From NCBI GenBank assembly GCA_964016885.1, contig OZ024741.1, positions 116,560,001 to 116,624,000 on the forward strand: a stretch of 64,000 bases of DNA, read 5' to 3'. Each line of letters begins with the position of its first letter. Position 1 is the first letter of the stretch. The DNA comes from Eledone cirrhosa. Lineage: Eukaryota. The notes beneath the pieces were generated by a model, which saw only the letters and a program-made list of their open reading frames with translations, had not been told where the DNA came from and did no database searches. Of this stretch, positions 1 to 16,086 are shown in pieces. The translations under genes were made by a program, and so were the position numbers.

Positions 1-1430
<1,430 letters not shown>

Positions 1431-1897
1431 TAAACACACACACATACATGCATACTATTTTGAGAGTTATCTCAATAATGATTTTCTCTATTGAGTTATT
1501 TCAATAATAAAACTATTAATTTTCTCCTTCCATATTATTTTCTTTTGTATTTTTATTTTATTTTTATACTATGTATGTTTCTTATATTCATAATTCCATC
1601 TAACATATGCATGCTCTTTCTCTCTCTCTCTTCCTTGGCATCTTTTTAACATGGACAATGGTAAATGACAATTGGTAATGAAGAGCACTTTGTGTGTGTG
1701 AGAGAGAGAGAGAGAGTGACAAAGAGTGTTAAGTGATAGAGAGGGAAGTATATGAAAGAGAAAGAGAGGGGGACAGGGGGGTAGTATTTATTTTTCTGTT
1801 TCTTTACTAAGTTAGTCAGTTAGTCTATCGGGATTGTAGCTTCATTTGTGGTCCCAGTTTTAGTTTAACTCACACACACACACACACACACACACAC

Positions 1898-1965
<68 letters not shown>

Positions 1966-2013
1966 AAATGTATATATATATGCATATACATACATATATA
2001 TGCATATACACAC

Positions 2014-2059
<46 letters not shown>

Positions 2060-2293
2060 TCCAATCCCATGCAAGCGTGGAATGTGGACGTTAAACGATG
2101 ATGATGATGGTGATGATATATAAATATATATACATACTTCTGCAGTGCTGAAGCTGGGGAGACCGCAAATCAGAGTAGTACTCTGATTAAACCCAACCAC
2201 GACACCTGCTGGTTTCGGTTTATAAGTTGTTATATATAAGTTGAAACCACCAGGCTTTGCGCTCAGGTTTATACCTTCCTTTATGTATACACA

Positions 2294-2337
<44 letters not shown>

Positions 2338-2375
2338 AGTGGTAACACAACAGTTAGTTCACCATGTGTTCTACT

Positions 2376-2406
<31 letters not shown>

Positions 2407-4044
2407 GTATATGTGTGTATGTATGTATGTATGTATGTGTATGTATGTATATATATGTATGTATGTGTGTGTGTATAAATATATATGTATGTATCATCGA
2501 TTTTACATCCGCTTTTCCATGCTTGCATGTAAGTGTGTGTGTGTATATATATGAAGTTGTGTGTCCTAGCTGCATAACTTAATCATTTCATTTAATTCTG
2601 TAAAAGAATTAAAATAGAAAATTAGGAGATAGCATATAAGTGTCAGTTACTCACTTGAAAAATCAAAGCAGGAAAAGCCACACGTGATTTAGCTACCAAA
2701 CCTTGCTCTGAGTTTGAAATATTAAATAGTGAAAGGCAAACTATTATAAACATAACGCATGTGTCTATACAGTATTTTGGATTGTTTGTTGGAAATAGTT
2801 TGAGTTATAGGAACATTATACTTAGGATTTAAGCATCTGATGCTCAGGGTATATTAGGGGTCTTTTAGTTTGATTATGTGATTATGTCATTGGCTATTAT
2901 TAGGCTTTTTTTAAACTGCTGTTATATTGTCTGTGCTGTATATGTAGCCAGCCTGAATCAACTTGTATTCAAAGCATATGGCATAAGTAATGTTACATAA
3001 TCTACTTTGCATAGATAGGCAGTCCCACTTGAATCCAAATCTGAGCCTCTCTATGTAGCTAACTATTTAAGTTGATAAAAAAAGAAATTAAAGTCAGCTC
3101 TAAACTCAATGATTCATCAAGCTGGAGCTCATTCTGGTTTCCATTTAAGCAACTGACAATACAATAATCCCAGCATCGTAAACTATGAACTGATGCTGGT
3201 ACTCATTTACAGCAGTGTGGACTTGAGCAACACAAAACAAAGTGTCTTACCCAACAAGTCATGTGTTGCCTGGTCTGGTGTTCAAACCCATGATGTCACA
3301 AGCATGAGCCCAACACCCAAACTGCTAAGCTGCATGCCTTCAAAGTATTAGTCTCTCTAAGTACCTAAAAGATATTTAATGTGGTTGTTTTGGGTTGTAA
3401 TATCTCTCTAGTTTAGCATCAGCGATATTGACTATTACTATAATAGGGTGGAGGGTGTTGGACAAAAAACTATTAGCTGAAAGATACTCTGCCTATGATT
3501 TCGAAATAGTTTTGAAAATAACCAAACAATTTGGAGTGATTTAGTCATATAAATAACTTTATCATTATTTATCTGTTATTTGAAACAACAAAAATCCTTA
3601 CATATATGGGAGATATGGTTTTGTCTCCTCTTAGCAGCTGATGGGAACTTCTTTTTCCATCTTTAAGGGTCTTCACCCTATTTTATAGCATCTCCATACA
3701 TGAACACACCATTCTTTATATATAATAGAATGTTTTTAGAAGAATATAAATACTGTATAGTTTTTTTTAATTGAAGAACTTGGGGCAGTTTCAGGAGGTT
3801 GGTATCGAAAGGTTTAATTTTAAAATTTTAAACAGTCCCCTCTTTCCCATGCATTGTTTGTCATTAGTTTCTTTGTAAACAATAGCATCAGGTCATGCTA
3901 TCAATTTGTAGAAATATGGATGGAAGGATGTGATAGCCATTTCAAGTCTCAGTTTTGTTTTGATATATTTTGTTACTAATATCTTTTTCTGTCTATCATT
4001 AATTGTTTTGATAAGAAAACATTATTATTAGTAGTAATTTTAGG

Positions 4045-5030
4045 GTGATGGATTGGCAGTATTGGTTGTGTGTTGGACACCATGATTTGTAGCATAGTTA
4101 TGGCCCTTTACATTCTGAGTTCAAATTCTGCCAGGGTTTTACCTTTCATCCTTATGGGGTTGATAAAATAAAGCACCAGTAATGCATTAGGGTTAACTTA
4201 ATCAACTTTCCCTTCCCCCAAAATTGTTGGCCTTGTGCTGTAATCAGAAACCATTACTAGTAATATTGGGGTGGTGGATTGGCAGTATTGGTAGTGTGTC
4301 GGACAACATGCTTTGTGACATAATTATGGGCCTTTACATTCTGAGTTCAAATTCCACCAGGGCTAGCTTTTCTTTTCACCCTTATGGGGGTTGATAAAAT
4401 AAATACCAGTAATGCTCTGAGGTTGATTTAATCAACTTTTCCTGTCCCTTTAAATTGCTGGTTTGCCAAAAGTAGTAACTTAGTAGGGTGTTGGATTGAC
4501 AGTAAATTAGGGTGTTGGACAGAATGCTTTGCTATATTTAGTCTCGTTCTTTGTACTTTGAGTTCAAATATTGATGAGGCAAATTTTGCTTTTCATTGTT
4601 ATGGATTCGAATGGATTAGCATAAATTTTAGTGTATTGGACAAAATGCCATTGCAGTATTTATTTCGACTCTGAAATATTTGAAGTTCAAATCTTGCCTA
4701 GAGCAAGTTTGCCTTTCATCCTTCCAAGGGTGATTAATAAAAATACCAGTTATGAACTGTGCTCAATATAATTGAGTGTTACCTCTATCCAAAATATCTG
4801 GCCTTGTGCCTGTGCTAGAAATAAGGATTATAATTATTATTAACTGATGTTAGGTGATAGATTGGCAGAATTGGTAGAGCATTTTTCCTGGCTCTTTAAA
4901 TTCTGTATTTAAATCTTGCTGAGGTCAACTTTATTTTGCATCCTTCTAGGGTTGATAGAATATAGTACCAGTCATATACTTAGGTTGATTGAATCAACTT
5001 TACCCTTTCTCTAAATTTTATGACCTTGTT
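4045..5030 (+). mobile_element. Head-to-tail cluster of about 5 tRNA-derived SINE copies (family 1)
   Basis: Repeated A-box-like tggcagtattgg, B-box gagttcaaat, core ctttcatcct..ggggttgataaaata..taccag and (TAT)-like tails. Confidence 0.85.
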
Positions 5031-5438
5031 CTTAACCTAACTTTTTTTTTTTTTTTGTTAGATATCCAAGATTGCATTTTATTGCCAGACATACTGTATA
5101 TACTCATATATAGTCAGTCAATCACATCTCCATTTTACATATAATATTCTTGACTCCGTACTTGTTTTAAATTGAAGTTTTGTAGGTTGTCCTGCAGATA
5201 AATCACATGCTGGTTTTTCATGGAGAAATCAGTCTATATGGTAGTTCTTTACAACATTTCTACCAGAAATTAGTTGTTTTTGTCTTTAAATAGATGAGCA
5301 TTAGCTATTAGTATTATAGTTAATTACTTGCTTTATTTCCTTCTATCTGATGCTATCATGCTTTTTTTTTATTTTTATTTAATGTAATTATTTATTTTGG
5401 TTATTTCTGTTCAATTTTGTTGTTATTATTTAAAGAAA

Positions 5439-5631
5439 TGGCGGTGGATTGGCAGTATCGGTAGTGGGCCGGACATCATGCTTTGATGCATAGAGTTACG
5501 GCCCTTGCCATTCTGAGTTCAAATCCCGCCGAGGTTAACTTTACCTTTCACCCTTACGGGGTCGATAAAATAAAGTACCAGTAATGCACTGGGTTATTGC
5601 TGGCATTGTACCAAAAGTAGAAACAATTATT
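5439..5631 (+). mobile_element. tRNA-derived SINE family 1, well-preserved copy
   Basis: ggcggtggattggcagtatcgg (A box), gagttcaaatcccgcc (B box), central ggggtcgataaaataaagtaccag (resembles the Meta-type SINE domain), 3' tagaaacaattatt. Close copies at about 7477-7670(+), 12315-12502(-), 20511-20703(+), 38343-38528(-), 52378-52547(-), 53143-53328(-) and 54006-54185(-). Confidence 0.9.
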
Positions 5632-8600
5632 TAAAGAAATTTTATTTTACTTTCTTAATTTGCTTTTTGCTCTTTCTCTGTGGCTGACTGGATTTGTTCT
5701 TTGATTTTGTTTTAGTGACTTTCTCAGTCCTTTCATTCTGCCATATTTAGTTGTCAGGAGCCCCACTGTCACACTAATTCTAAACATGGAGCTGCTATCA
5801 TGTATTCTAATGATAATTAGACCAAGAGAAAAGTTTTCTTTCATCTTAGCCTGAGAGAAATGCCTTGTTGGCTTCAAATGTTCACTTCTAGGTATGACAA
5901 TATTTTTTGAAAAGGAAAAAAAAAAATCAAATAAATGTTTGGATATCTGAGATGTTAGAATAGTGTTTCAGTCAATGTTAGCAATGTGGATTTATTTAGG
6001 CAGTAAGTTACCTGTCAAGAAGTAGTATTGTGTGTACAATTCATTTTGTAATGCATTAATGTATTAGAAATTATATGAAATTAAAAACTCATAGAATACT
6101 TAAAAAGTAATTTTTCTTTTATCTACTAATTAAGTTGTGTATGTATGGTATGTTATATGGATCCGTAACTCTTGAGAGAGTTGTAGGGGCGCAGTAGTTA
6201 CATATGGTGTATCTAGAACACTTTTTAAAACCAACAAATTTCTTCCAGCGAAGGATAGAGAGTGAGAGAAAGGAAGTAAGAAAGAGATATAGAAGAAGAA
6301 TTGACTCCAGTACTTGACTGGTATTTTTTTTATCGACCTCAAATGGATGAAAGGTGAAGTTGACTTTGGTGGGATTTGAACTCGGTGAGCAGAGAGCCGA
6401 AATAAATACTACAAAGCATTCTATCTGATGTTCTAATGACTCTGCCAATTTGCCACTCAAGTTGTGTACTATGTTACAAATGTAATTTTATTATTGGTGA
6501 CGGATTTACAGAACCGTTAGAGAATTAAATAAAGTATCTTGCTGTATTTGTTCCAAATTTTTCTTTCCATGTTAAATCCCATTGAGGTCAGCTTTACCAT
6601 TCACCATTCCAGGGTTGATAAAATAAAGTAGCAGTCAAGTCCTATAGCCTCAGGTTGAATAATGCCTTGTGAGTAAGATTTGGAAGATGGAAACTGCAAA
6701 AGCTCATTGTGTGTGTGTGTGTATCCATGTCTATGTCTACGTTTGTGTCTACGTTTATGATCCATAACTTAATGGTTCAACAAAGGGATCAATAAAATAA
6801 GTACAAGACTTGAAAGAAATATGTACTGAGGTTGATACAATTGATTACATCCTTTTACGGGGGTACCTCAGCATGGCTGAAGTCTAATGACCACAGCCAG
6901 TAAAAGAATTACGATAGGTTTTAATTTAGGCAGAAACATTTTCACTCTTTCATTACCATATTCCTAATGAAAAATACTGCTTATGATTTTCAAACTTTGT
7001 AAATAATCAAGAATTTGGAGAGATGTAGTAATATAGTAACCGTATTATTTTTCTGGTGTTTGAAGCATAACTTAACAAAGGTTCTTATATAAAATTATGT
7101 TGGTAAATATAAACACTTTAAAATAAACAACTTTGTATCATAGAACCAGTGGTCAATTTTCTGATGGTTTGGTTTCAAAAGGGTTAAAATGGACAGTTTT
7201 GTATCAATGAGCCAGGGACAGTCTCGAGTAGGTTTTTATCAAAACAGTTAAATAAGCATCGGCAAAACATTTTGCCAATTGATTTGGGGTTTTATCTAAT
7301 TGAGGTACCATAAAAGAGTTTAAATGATTTATAAAATAGTTGCTTTTTACTCACAGTAAAATAAGAAAAATCTTTTATATTTTTGTTTTTTTCCTTTTCT
7401 TTTCATATATAAAGTAAACAAGGTGTAAGGCATATTTTGTTTGTGTTGTTATTATTTATTATTATTATTATACTTAGAGCGGTTGATTGGCAATATTGGT
7501 AGAGAGTCAGATGCCATGCTTTCCAGCATAGATATGTCTCTTTACGGTCTGAGTTCAAATCCCGCCGAGGTTAACTTTGCATTTCATCCTTACGGGGTCG
7601 ATAAAATAAAGTACCAGTAATGTACTGGGTAATTGCTGACCTTGTGCCAAAAGTAGAAACAATTATTATACTTAGAATGGTGAATAGCAGAATTGCAAGG
7701 GTAATGGACAAAATACTTAGTTTCTGAGTTCAAATCCTGCTGAAGTTGACTTAACATTTTGTCCTTGAGTGGGTAGATAAAATAAAGTACCAGTTAAATA
7801 CTGTCATCAATTTCATTAACTATACTGCTCCCCACCACTACCAAAAGCTGTGTTCTTATGCTCATGTTAGAATACATTATAGTAACACATCATTTTCCTA
7901 TTATTCTTTATTAAGATTATGGGACATTTATGTTAGAAAATATGATTGGTTATCTTCATCATGGCCATTCTTCATGTTTTTATCATATGAACCCTTTCTG
8001 ATTAATAAAGGAATCATCGTCATTATCGTTGACAGAGCAGTGGATTGGCAGTATCGGTAGAGTGTCAGACAACATGTTTTGTAATATATAGTTACGTCCC
8101 TTAATCCCACCGAGGTTAGCTTTGACTTTCATCCTTACAGGGTCAATAAAATCAAGTATGAGTAATGCACTGGTGTCGATTTAATTGACTTCCCCCTCCT
8201 CCCCTTAAAATTACTGGCCTTGTGTCAAAAGTAGAAACAATTATTATTATTTGGCGCTGTTGCAAATGGTCACCATCCTCCACTCATTGCAGCTTCCATA
8301 GCCAATTGTGTTGCAATGGTTGGGTGGTGATTAGTCCTGTCCATTGGCAGTATTTGAACTCAGAATAGAAGGAACTGGAACAGATATCAGAAGTCATTTC
8401 ATCTGAGATTAACAACCTCACTAATCAACTGTCATATACTTGTACTTTATTTCATCAACTCTGAAAGGACAAAAGACAAAAAGTAAATCTTGACAGAGAT
8501 TTGAACTGAGAGCACAGAGAACCAGAAAAAGAAACACAAGGAATTTTGTACTATGCTCTTATGACTTTTCTATTGGCTGCTATGTTTCACTGTCAAATTA

Positions 8601-9622
8601 TGCCCCATAGGGGATATTTTTTAGCAAATTGCTATGATCAGTCACACCGGTTGCTTATAAGACAGTAGTGGGATTTGAACTCAGAGTACAGATACCTGGA
8701 ATAAATACTGCAAGGATTTTTCTATTGACTGCTATGCCTTGATAACAAATTAGGCCCCATGGGGGCCACTTTTCAGCAACTTCCCTCTGGCCTGTTGCTT
8801 ATAAGGCCATGGCAGAATTATCCAATGCTTAAATTTTCCACGTCTATCTCCCAATGAAGATATTAGTGTAGTTCTTCAGATGATGGATGGATGGATATAT
8901 GGGTGGATGGATTAAAGGAGAGATGGACATATATCTACTCTTTCAGTCTTGCCATTCAAACCACTACCCATCATCAGGCTCTTCTTCCCCTCCCCCTCTC
9001 TCTCTTTAGTATATGCATGGAAAAATGATTTACATACAACACTCACATATAACCTTTCATCTCTTTTCTTTTTCTTTCTCTCAATCTCTCTCTTTCCCCA
9101 TTTTCACATCTTTTGCTCTTCTCTTTAAGCTGGGGAATCACATCAGTTTCTAAACAAATCTAAAAAAGCAATAAAAAAGTAATAAAGAAGCCCCCAATAT
9201 TCTATTACATAATTTTTTTTGAGAATTAGCTCATTATATATATATATATATATAAAGATATACATATGCATACATAAACACACATGCACATACATATGCA
9301 CATTTATCCTGGGATACAAATAATTTGCCTTGTTGGATAACACTTTCCTTGTCCTACTCCCTACAACAATAACAATAGCTATTATGGACACCCTACACCT
9401 CACACCCCTATTTCTGGGGCCCCCTGCTCCTTCCACCTTCACCCATTTTTTTCTGCATGTTTGATTGAAATAACTAAAAGGAAATTAACCATTAACAAGA
9501 AAAAAAAGGAACAGAAAAAAGCAAAAGAAAAACAAACCCAACAGCCCTCAAGAAAAATTATAAATAGATATATATATATATATGTATATCTATGACACAT
9601 ATATATATATATATATGTGTAA

Positions 9623-9656
<34 letters not shown>

Positions 9657-9887
9657 GCATATATGCATATATAATGCACGTGTTATATATATATGTGTGT
9701 ATGTATGTATTACTATGTCCTGGCTACTGATTTCTAAATTGTCACTCAGAAGCTCTGTGTGGAAATAAAAAATTGAAACAATCAACTCTGAGTTTCATTT
9801 TCATTCTATATCAGATTTTATTGTCCATTGTTCTTATATTTATTTATTTAAAAAAAAAATTTATGTATTTATCTATTCATTATTGTT

Positions 9888-10935
9888 GTTGATTGGCAGG
9901 GTGTCTAGAATGTCGGATAAAATGCCTTTGCGTTATATGTTCTGGCTGTTTACCGTGTGAGGTCCAATCCCACTGAGGTCAACTTTGCCTTTTATCCTGC
10001 CAGAGTTGATAAAATAAAATACCAGTAAAGTACTGGTGTTAATATAATCAACTTTCCCCCTCCCCACAAATTGATGGCCTTGTGCCTAAATTAGCTGTTG
10101 TTATTAGTGTTAACTAAAATCCTTTGCAGTATTTGTTCTTGCCTTTCACATTCTGAGTTCAAATCTCATTGATGATGGCTTTGCTTTTCATCCTCCCTGG
10201 GGTTGATGAAACAAAGTACCAGTAACTCACTCTCGTCAGTTTGATTGAGTTTGCCCCCATCCCACCATCACCCAAATTGTTGGTTTTGAGCTTAAATTAG
10301 AAACTGTTGTTGTTAGCATTGGATAAAATTCCTTGCAATATTCGTTCTGCTCTTTATATTCTGACTTCAAATCCTGTTGATTGTTAACATTGCCTTTCAT
10401 CTTTCTAGGTGTCGTTAAAATAAAATAGTCGTCTAATACCACGAAAGTAAATTTAATTGACTTCCCCCTCCTCCAAAAGTTACTGACTTTGAGCTTAAAT
10501 TAAAACCACTATTATTGTCTGGATTGTTAGTATCAAACCAAATTACCTTGCATTGATTAGTTTCAGTTCTGAGTTCAAATTTTGCTGAGGTCAACTTTGC
10601 CTTTCATCCACCTAGGGTTAATAAAACAAAACACCAGTTTACTTGAGTAAATTGAATTCTCTCTCATAAAATTGCTGGCTTTGTGCCTAAATTAAAAAAA
10701 CAAAAATCATTATTATTATCATTATTGTTGTTGATATATATAAAGAAATAATTATTATTAATAAAAAAAAAAAAAAAAAAAAAAAAGAAATGTTGTTAGT
10801 GTCGGCTAAAATTATTTGCAGTATTAGTTCCTGCTCTTTATGTTCTGAGTTCAAATCCCACCAAGGTCAACTTTAGCTTTCATCCTTCAACACTAATCTC
10901 GTTCTCAAGTAAATTGAATCAACTTTTCTCTAGAA
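9888..10935 (+). mobile_element. Second head-to-tail cluster of diverged family-1 SINEs
   Basis: About 5 successive B-box plus ctttcatcc..gataaaat units in the same orientation. Confidence 0.8.
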
Positions 10936-11039
10936 ACCACCACCACTATCATCATCGTCCTCTTCCTCCATTTTCATAGTGATGATCTTATCAATACTAG
11001 ATCTTTTAATTGACTCCCTATCAAGTAATGTAACCTAAG

Positions 11040-11350
11040 ATAGACAATACTTTTCACTAAAGTGTTTTTTGCAATATTGTAATGTTGGGACTAATTCCAG
11101 TTGTATCAAGGTTTTTCTTGAAGTTTTCTGTCATCAACCCAAGTGCTCCAATCCCAATTGGTACTACTCTTGCTTTCATATTCCACATTCTCTTGACATC
11201 TATTCTCAAGTCTACATACTTTATGATTTTCTTGTTTTCTTTACCATTGATGTAAGGCAAACTACATTGATGAACAAACATCTCCTTTCAGTTTTTTCTC
11301 CACAAAATGTATGCCTGGCTTTGTATTTTCAAGAACTCTATCTGTCCCAC
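11040..11350 (-). mobile_element. 3' fragment of an R4/Dong-like non-LTR retrotransposon (restriction-like endonuclease end)
   Basis: Translation KENKKIIKYVDLRIDVKRMWNMKARVVPIGIGALG...LQK matches the RLE C-terminal pattern K..KY..L......W......VP..IGALG. Confidence 0.75.
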
Positions 11351-13059
11351 AAGAGTTTCACTGTCTGCTTTTCTAGGACCTCTGATTTGTGCTAATACCA
11401 ATTCTGAGTAAACCCATATATCTTGCATAAAGATCAATGGATGTGTAAGCACACTTTATCTTAATGTCTTTTATATTGGTAGTATTGGTAGAGCATTGGA
11501 TAACATGCTTTGTGACATAGTTACATCCCTTTATGTTTTGAGTTCAAATCTCACCAAGGTTAGCTTTATCTTTCATCCTTACGGGGGTTGATAAAATAAA
11601 GCACCAGCAATGCACTGGAATTAATTTAATCGACTTTCCCCTCCACCAAAATTGTAGGCCTTGTGCCTAAATCAAAAACCATTATTAGTATTATTTTAAC
11701 ACGATTAAGGTCTTAATTGAGTATGTTCTAGGTGTTCTTCAACAAGCCATATTCATATAACCTCAAGCAGAGAGGACCTTTTGCAAGATGATAGTGATTT
11801 CTATAAAGACATGAGGTTAGATGTTATGTTTAATTTGTTGATGTATGTAGTTGTTAATTTAACCCTTTCAATAACAAACCACCTGAAACCACCCTGGTTC
11901 TATAATACAAAAGTTATAATCAATTAATTAGTATGTCTTAGTAAAAACTTTTAGTATGTGAGTTAGTAAAGTAAATGGATCTTTGATAATGAATGTTCCA
12001 GTTGTGTACAATCAATGGTACAACCTGCTTGTAAAATTAATGTGTATTCTCCAGACATGTGTACCATTACTGTAATCCTCAGAGAGATACAAGGTTGGAC
12101 CTTTGAATTATAAGTACAGTCCATTTGGTCGACTATTAGGTAGTTTCCATCTACCCAATTTCATTCTCAAGGCTTAGGTCAGTCGAAGACTATGGTAAAT
12201 GACACCCAAGATGCCACAGGGTGGAATTGAACCCAGAACCTTATGATTCTGAAGCAAACTTTTTAACTATTTGGCCATACTGTGTCTACATGTATATTAG
12301 TACAGCTTAGTAAATAATTGTTTCTACTTTTGGCACAAGGTCAGCAATTACCCAGTGCATTACTGGTACTTTATTTTATCGACCCCCGTAAGGATGAAGG
12401 CAAAGTGAACCTCGGTGGGATTTGAACTCAGACTGTAAAGGGACGTAACTATGCTGGAAAGCATGGCGTCCGACTCTACCGATACTGCCAATCCACCAGC
12501 CCTTAGTAAATAATTGTTTCTACTTTTGGCACAAGGCCAGCAAAAACCCAGTACATTACTGGTACTTTATTTTATCGATCCCGTAAGGATGAAAGGCAAA
12601 GTTAACCTCGGCGGGTTAGTATGTAAGTTAGTATAGCTTAGTAAACAATGTTAGTGAATTAATGCAGTTTAGTAAATAGTGTTAGTATGTGAGTTAAGTA
12701 AATACTGTTATTATGTGAATTAGTAAACCTTAGTAAATACTGGTAATATGTGAGTTAGTAAACCTTAGTAAATAATTGTTTCCACTTTTGGCACAAGGCC
12801 AGCAACTATTCCAGTGCATTATTGGTACTTTATTTTATCGACCTTGTAAGGATGAAAGGTGGGATTTGAACTCAGACTGTAAAGGGCCGAAATAATTAAT
12901 ATTAGTAAGTTAGTACACTTTAGTAAGCATTGTTAATACATGACTGTTGACTGGTTGTTTCTCCTGTTGTGACTTGTGTTGTCTTCAGTATTGTTTGCTT
13001 CTGACTTTTGCTGTGTTTAATCTGTGTTGTTTAATGAGTGGCAAAGGTGGAAATTTACC

Positions 13060-13312
13060 TGCACACACTCTCTAGTACATACATGCTCTTGTACACATAT
13101 TCATTCTAGCACATATACTCTAGTGCACACACACTCTAGTACACCAACACTCTAGTGCACATACAAACTAGTGTACACACACGCTAGTGCACACATACAC
13201 TCTGTGCACATACACTCTAGCACACACACACTCTTGTATATATACACTAGTACACACACTCTAGTACATACATGCTCTTGTGCACACTCTTGTACATAAG
13301 CACACACACACT
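13060..13312. repeat. Degenerate minisatellite of acacactctagt-type units
   Basis: Repeated ctctagt(g/a)cacac units of variable length. Confidence 0.7.
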
Positions 13313-15033
13313 GGTCAGTAGTTAACACATTCTCATCATTTTCCAACTCTACCCTACATTGTTATATTAAAGATCTCCTTTCAAGATTTTCATTGACTTT
13401 TGTAGTTCTGTTTAACTCTTAACATCCTGTAATAATGTTGTAGAAACTACCTAAAAAATAGGTTTGTTAATTCAAATGTTTATAGTATCTTCACTAGTAG
13501 ATAGATTGTTGTAATGATTTGCTGTATCAGATAGAGTAAAGAGTTTAATTATTCATGTGATGTAATTATAGTGTTGTTTTATACATTTCAAGAATATCTT
13601 GCTAATGCAGTGCCACGTGGTACAGGTTGTTAAGAGTTAAGCAATTTCCCTATGATAGATGAAAATATATTTTTGTTTAGCCATAGGTCAACCCTTAATG
13701 AGAAAATCTTTGATTAAAGGTATTTTAGCTGTGACCACCATTGTCATCACCTTCACCACCACCACCTCACCACCAACCTATCTTATGGCATTGATTCTAG
13801 GTTTTCATGGATGATCTAACATATTGTCTTCTTAAAAATCAATAAGACAACTAAGTGAACTGACATTATGTATAAAATGTTGGTCTATCACAGGTAACAT
13901 TCCCAAATGATCTGGGTACCTATTACTGATTGCTAGGTGAACTGAAAATATTGCTCTGTTGTAAATGGGGTTTGTGTTAGGAGGGGCATCCAGCTGTAAA
14001 ATACCTGGCCAAATTTACAGTCTTTGTGGGAGCAAAATATGACGTGGCCAACTATATGATACCTGTTTCTCCAGTTAGATGAACAGAGAAATGCACAATG
14101 CTTGTTGGTCCATCCCAGGTAACTTTTCCTGGATGATCTGCTATTTGTTCCTCTAGCCCAATGAAACAAATGTTCAAATTGCCTTTTAGCTTTTCAGGAT
14201 TGATAAAGTACCAGTCAAGTACTAGTGTCAATTCTTTTATTCGCCCCTTCCTTCTCTCTTTCTCTCTGCTGTGATAAGTACGGTGTAGGATCACTGAAAG
14301 TATCCCTTTCTCCAGGACTAGAGAAAGGTTGAATAAAGGGCCAATAGCTTTATCTTCTAGAGCACAGGTTCTCAACCCATTTAGGCCAAACGCCCCCTTT
14401 TGTCCCTCGAAATCACGAAACGCCCCCTACCCTATTTTTCCATTTTTCAATATACTACTGATTTTGATATCTGTAGATTACTAAAAAATTGATTAACAAT
14501 TTTCCAAAGATACCATTGCAAGCAGCTGAGAGTATAAATACATTCCTTGAAAGGAAATATATAAATTTCAAAAAAAGGAACATAAATGGTCTTTTTTATG
14601 AATAAGCACCAGTTGAATTTGTTATATTCCCACCAGGCGGTACCAACTATTTTGAACATTTATACAAGAGCAACTCTATCCAAAGAGTGCTCTTATCTGA
14701 AAGAAAGTGGCAATTATATCATTTCAAAGCTTTCCAATTTTCCCTTTAATGAAACAGACAGAATAAATGTTGATATCTAACTTGATGTCCCCTCTGCTTT
14801 GTGAGCTTAGAGACCACGGAAGAGGGTTTTCATGACCACGCGGGGGGGGGGGAGGGGTATATTTATTAGTAAATGCTAAAATATATACAACAAATGAGTA
14901 AGTGAATTGTAGTAGATGGTTTCCAGTCCAGTCAGACTGCAACTACAAATAAAAAAAATTGTTAAGTTTGCTTTGTAACAATAGCATATCTAAGTTTTTG
15001 GATAAATCAACTTACTTTAACTTTGACCTCATT

Positions 15034-16080
15034 TCAATGGGACCCTTGAACTTTATGGAGTCTAGCTAACTCTTTGACGTCAGGCTGGATTTTTGTAAGA
15101 TTTAGCCGGAGATCTCCACATGTAATTACATTGTAGCGGTTGCGAGCCTTACTGTGCAGTCTGGAAACAGCACCAAACCTCCTCTTGACTAAGTATGAGC
15201 TTGGAAAAGGCAGAGCAAATCTCTTAGCCTCTGCATGTAGGTGTGGAAATCGACGCTGAATTTCCTCTTGCATCCAAAAAAGTGGTTCACCTATTTTGGG
15301 AAATCTAATTTTGATCATGTCATCTGTCTGAAGTTCAATTAATTCTTCCTGAAATATAACGTCCAAATCATCGACGTTAGCTATGAAGGGATCTGCTACC
15401 CACATTGGGATGTCTATCGGCAAAAGGTCGACAAACCGTTCTCTCATGTTGTCTTGTAGCGCACGGAGGTGAGCGGTATAAATTTGGAGTTGGTCATCAC
15501 TTACAATGTTTTGAACATTGGCGACACTAGGAAAATTATAGAATTCCCGTCAACAAAGATTCCTTTCGATGACATTCAATTTGGCCAGGAATGTTTTCAC
15601 AGCATTCCTTGCTTTAAGCAAGGTGATCTTCTTCCCCTGCAAAGCCAAAATGACGCTATTGCATTTGTCGATGATTCGGTGAGGTAGGCGCACTTTTGCC
15701 TCACATTGTACAGTTCTGTGATGCGTCCTCGCAGAAACTCAATGATAGAGTCGAACAGTTGAAAGAAGTGAGTAAGGCACTTGCCCTTTGAAAGCCACCT
15801 CACTTCATTATGAAGGAGCAACTTGACGAATTCTTCGTCATTATCTTGGCACAGTTGCTGGAAAATTTGATCATTGAGGGAATGCCGTTTGATAAAATTG
15901 ATGACATCAAGGGCCACCTGCAAGGACTTGCTCAGTGGCTTGCTGAGTTTCTTCACAGCCAAGTGTTGTCGATAAATGACACAATGAACAACAAATACAG
16001 ATAGATTTTCTCTCTGCAGAAGAGTGATGAAACCCTTATGTTGGCCGACCATTGCTCTAGCGTCGTCCATAGCACATGAT
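15034..16080 (-). pseudogene. Frameshifted Buster/ZBED5-like hAT transposase, C-terminal half
   Basis: DDARAMVG...HCVIYRQHL...LLLHNEVRWLSKG, then in another frame WVADPF...FPSSYLV..FGAV...GDLRLNLTKIQPD...QGSH (hAT dimerisation region). Confidence 0.88.
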
Positions 16081-16086
16081 ACAATG

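Noticed and set aside
5439-5530. tRNA gene
   Set aside because: The A/B boxes belong to a multi-copy SINE head and no cloverleaf forms.
5752-5891. Possible plus-strand exon (CQEPHCHTNSKH..., ending ctag|gtatga)
   Set aside because: All frames contain stops and there is no recognisable homology or partner exon.
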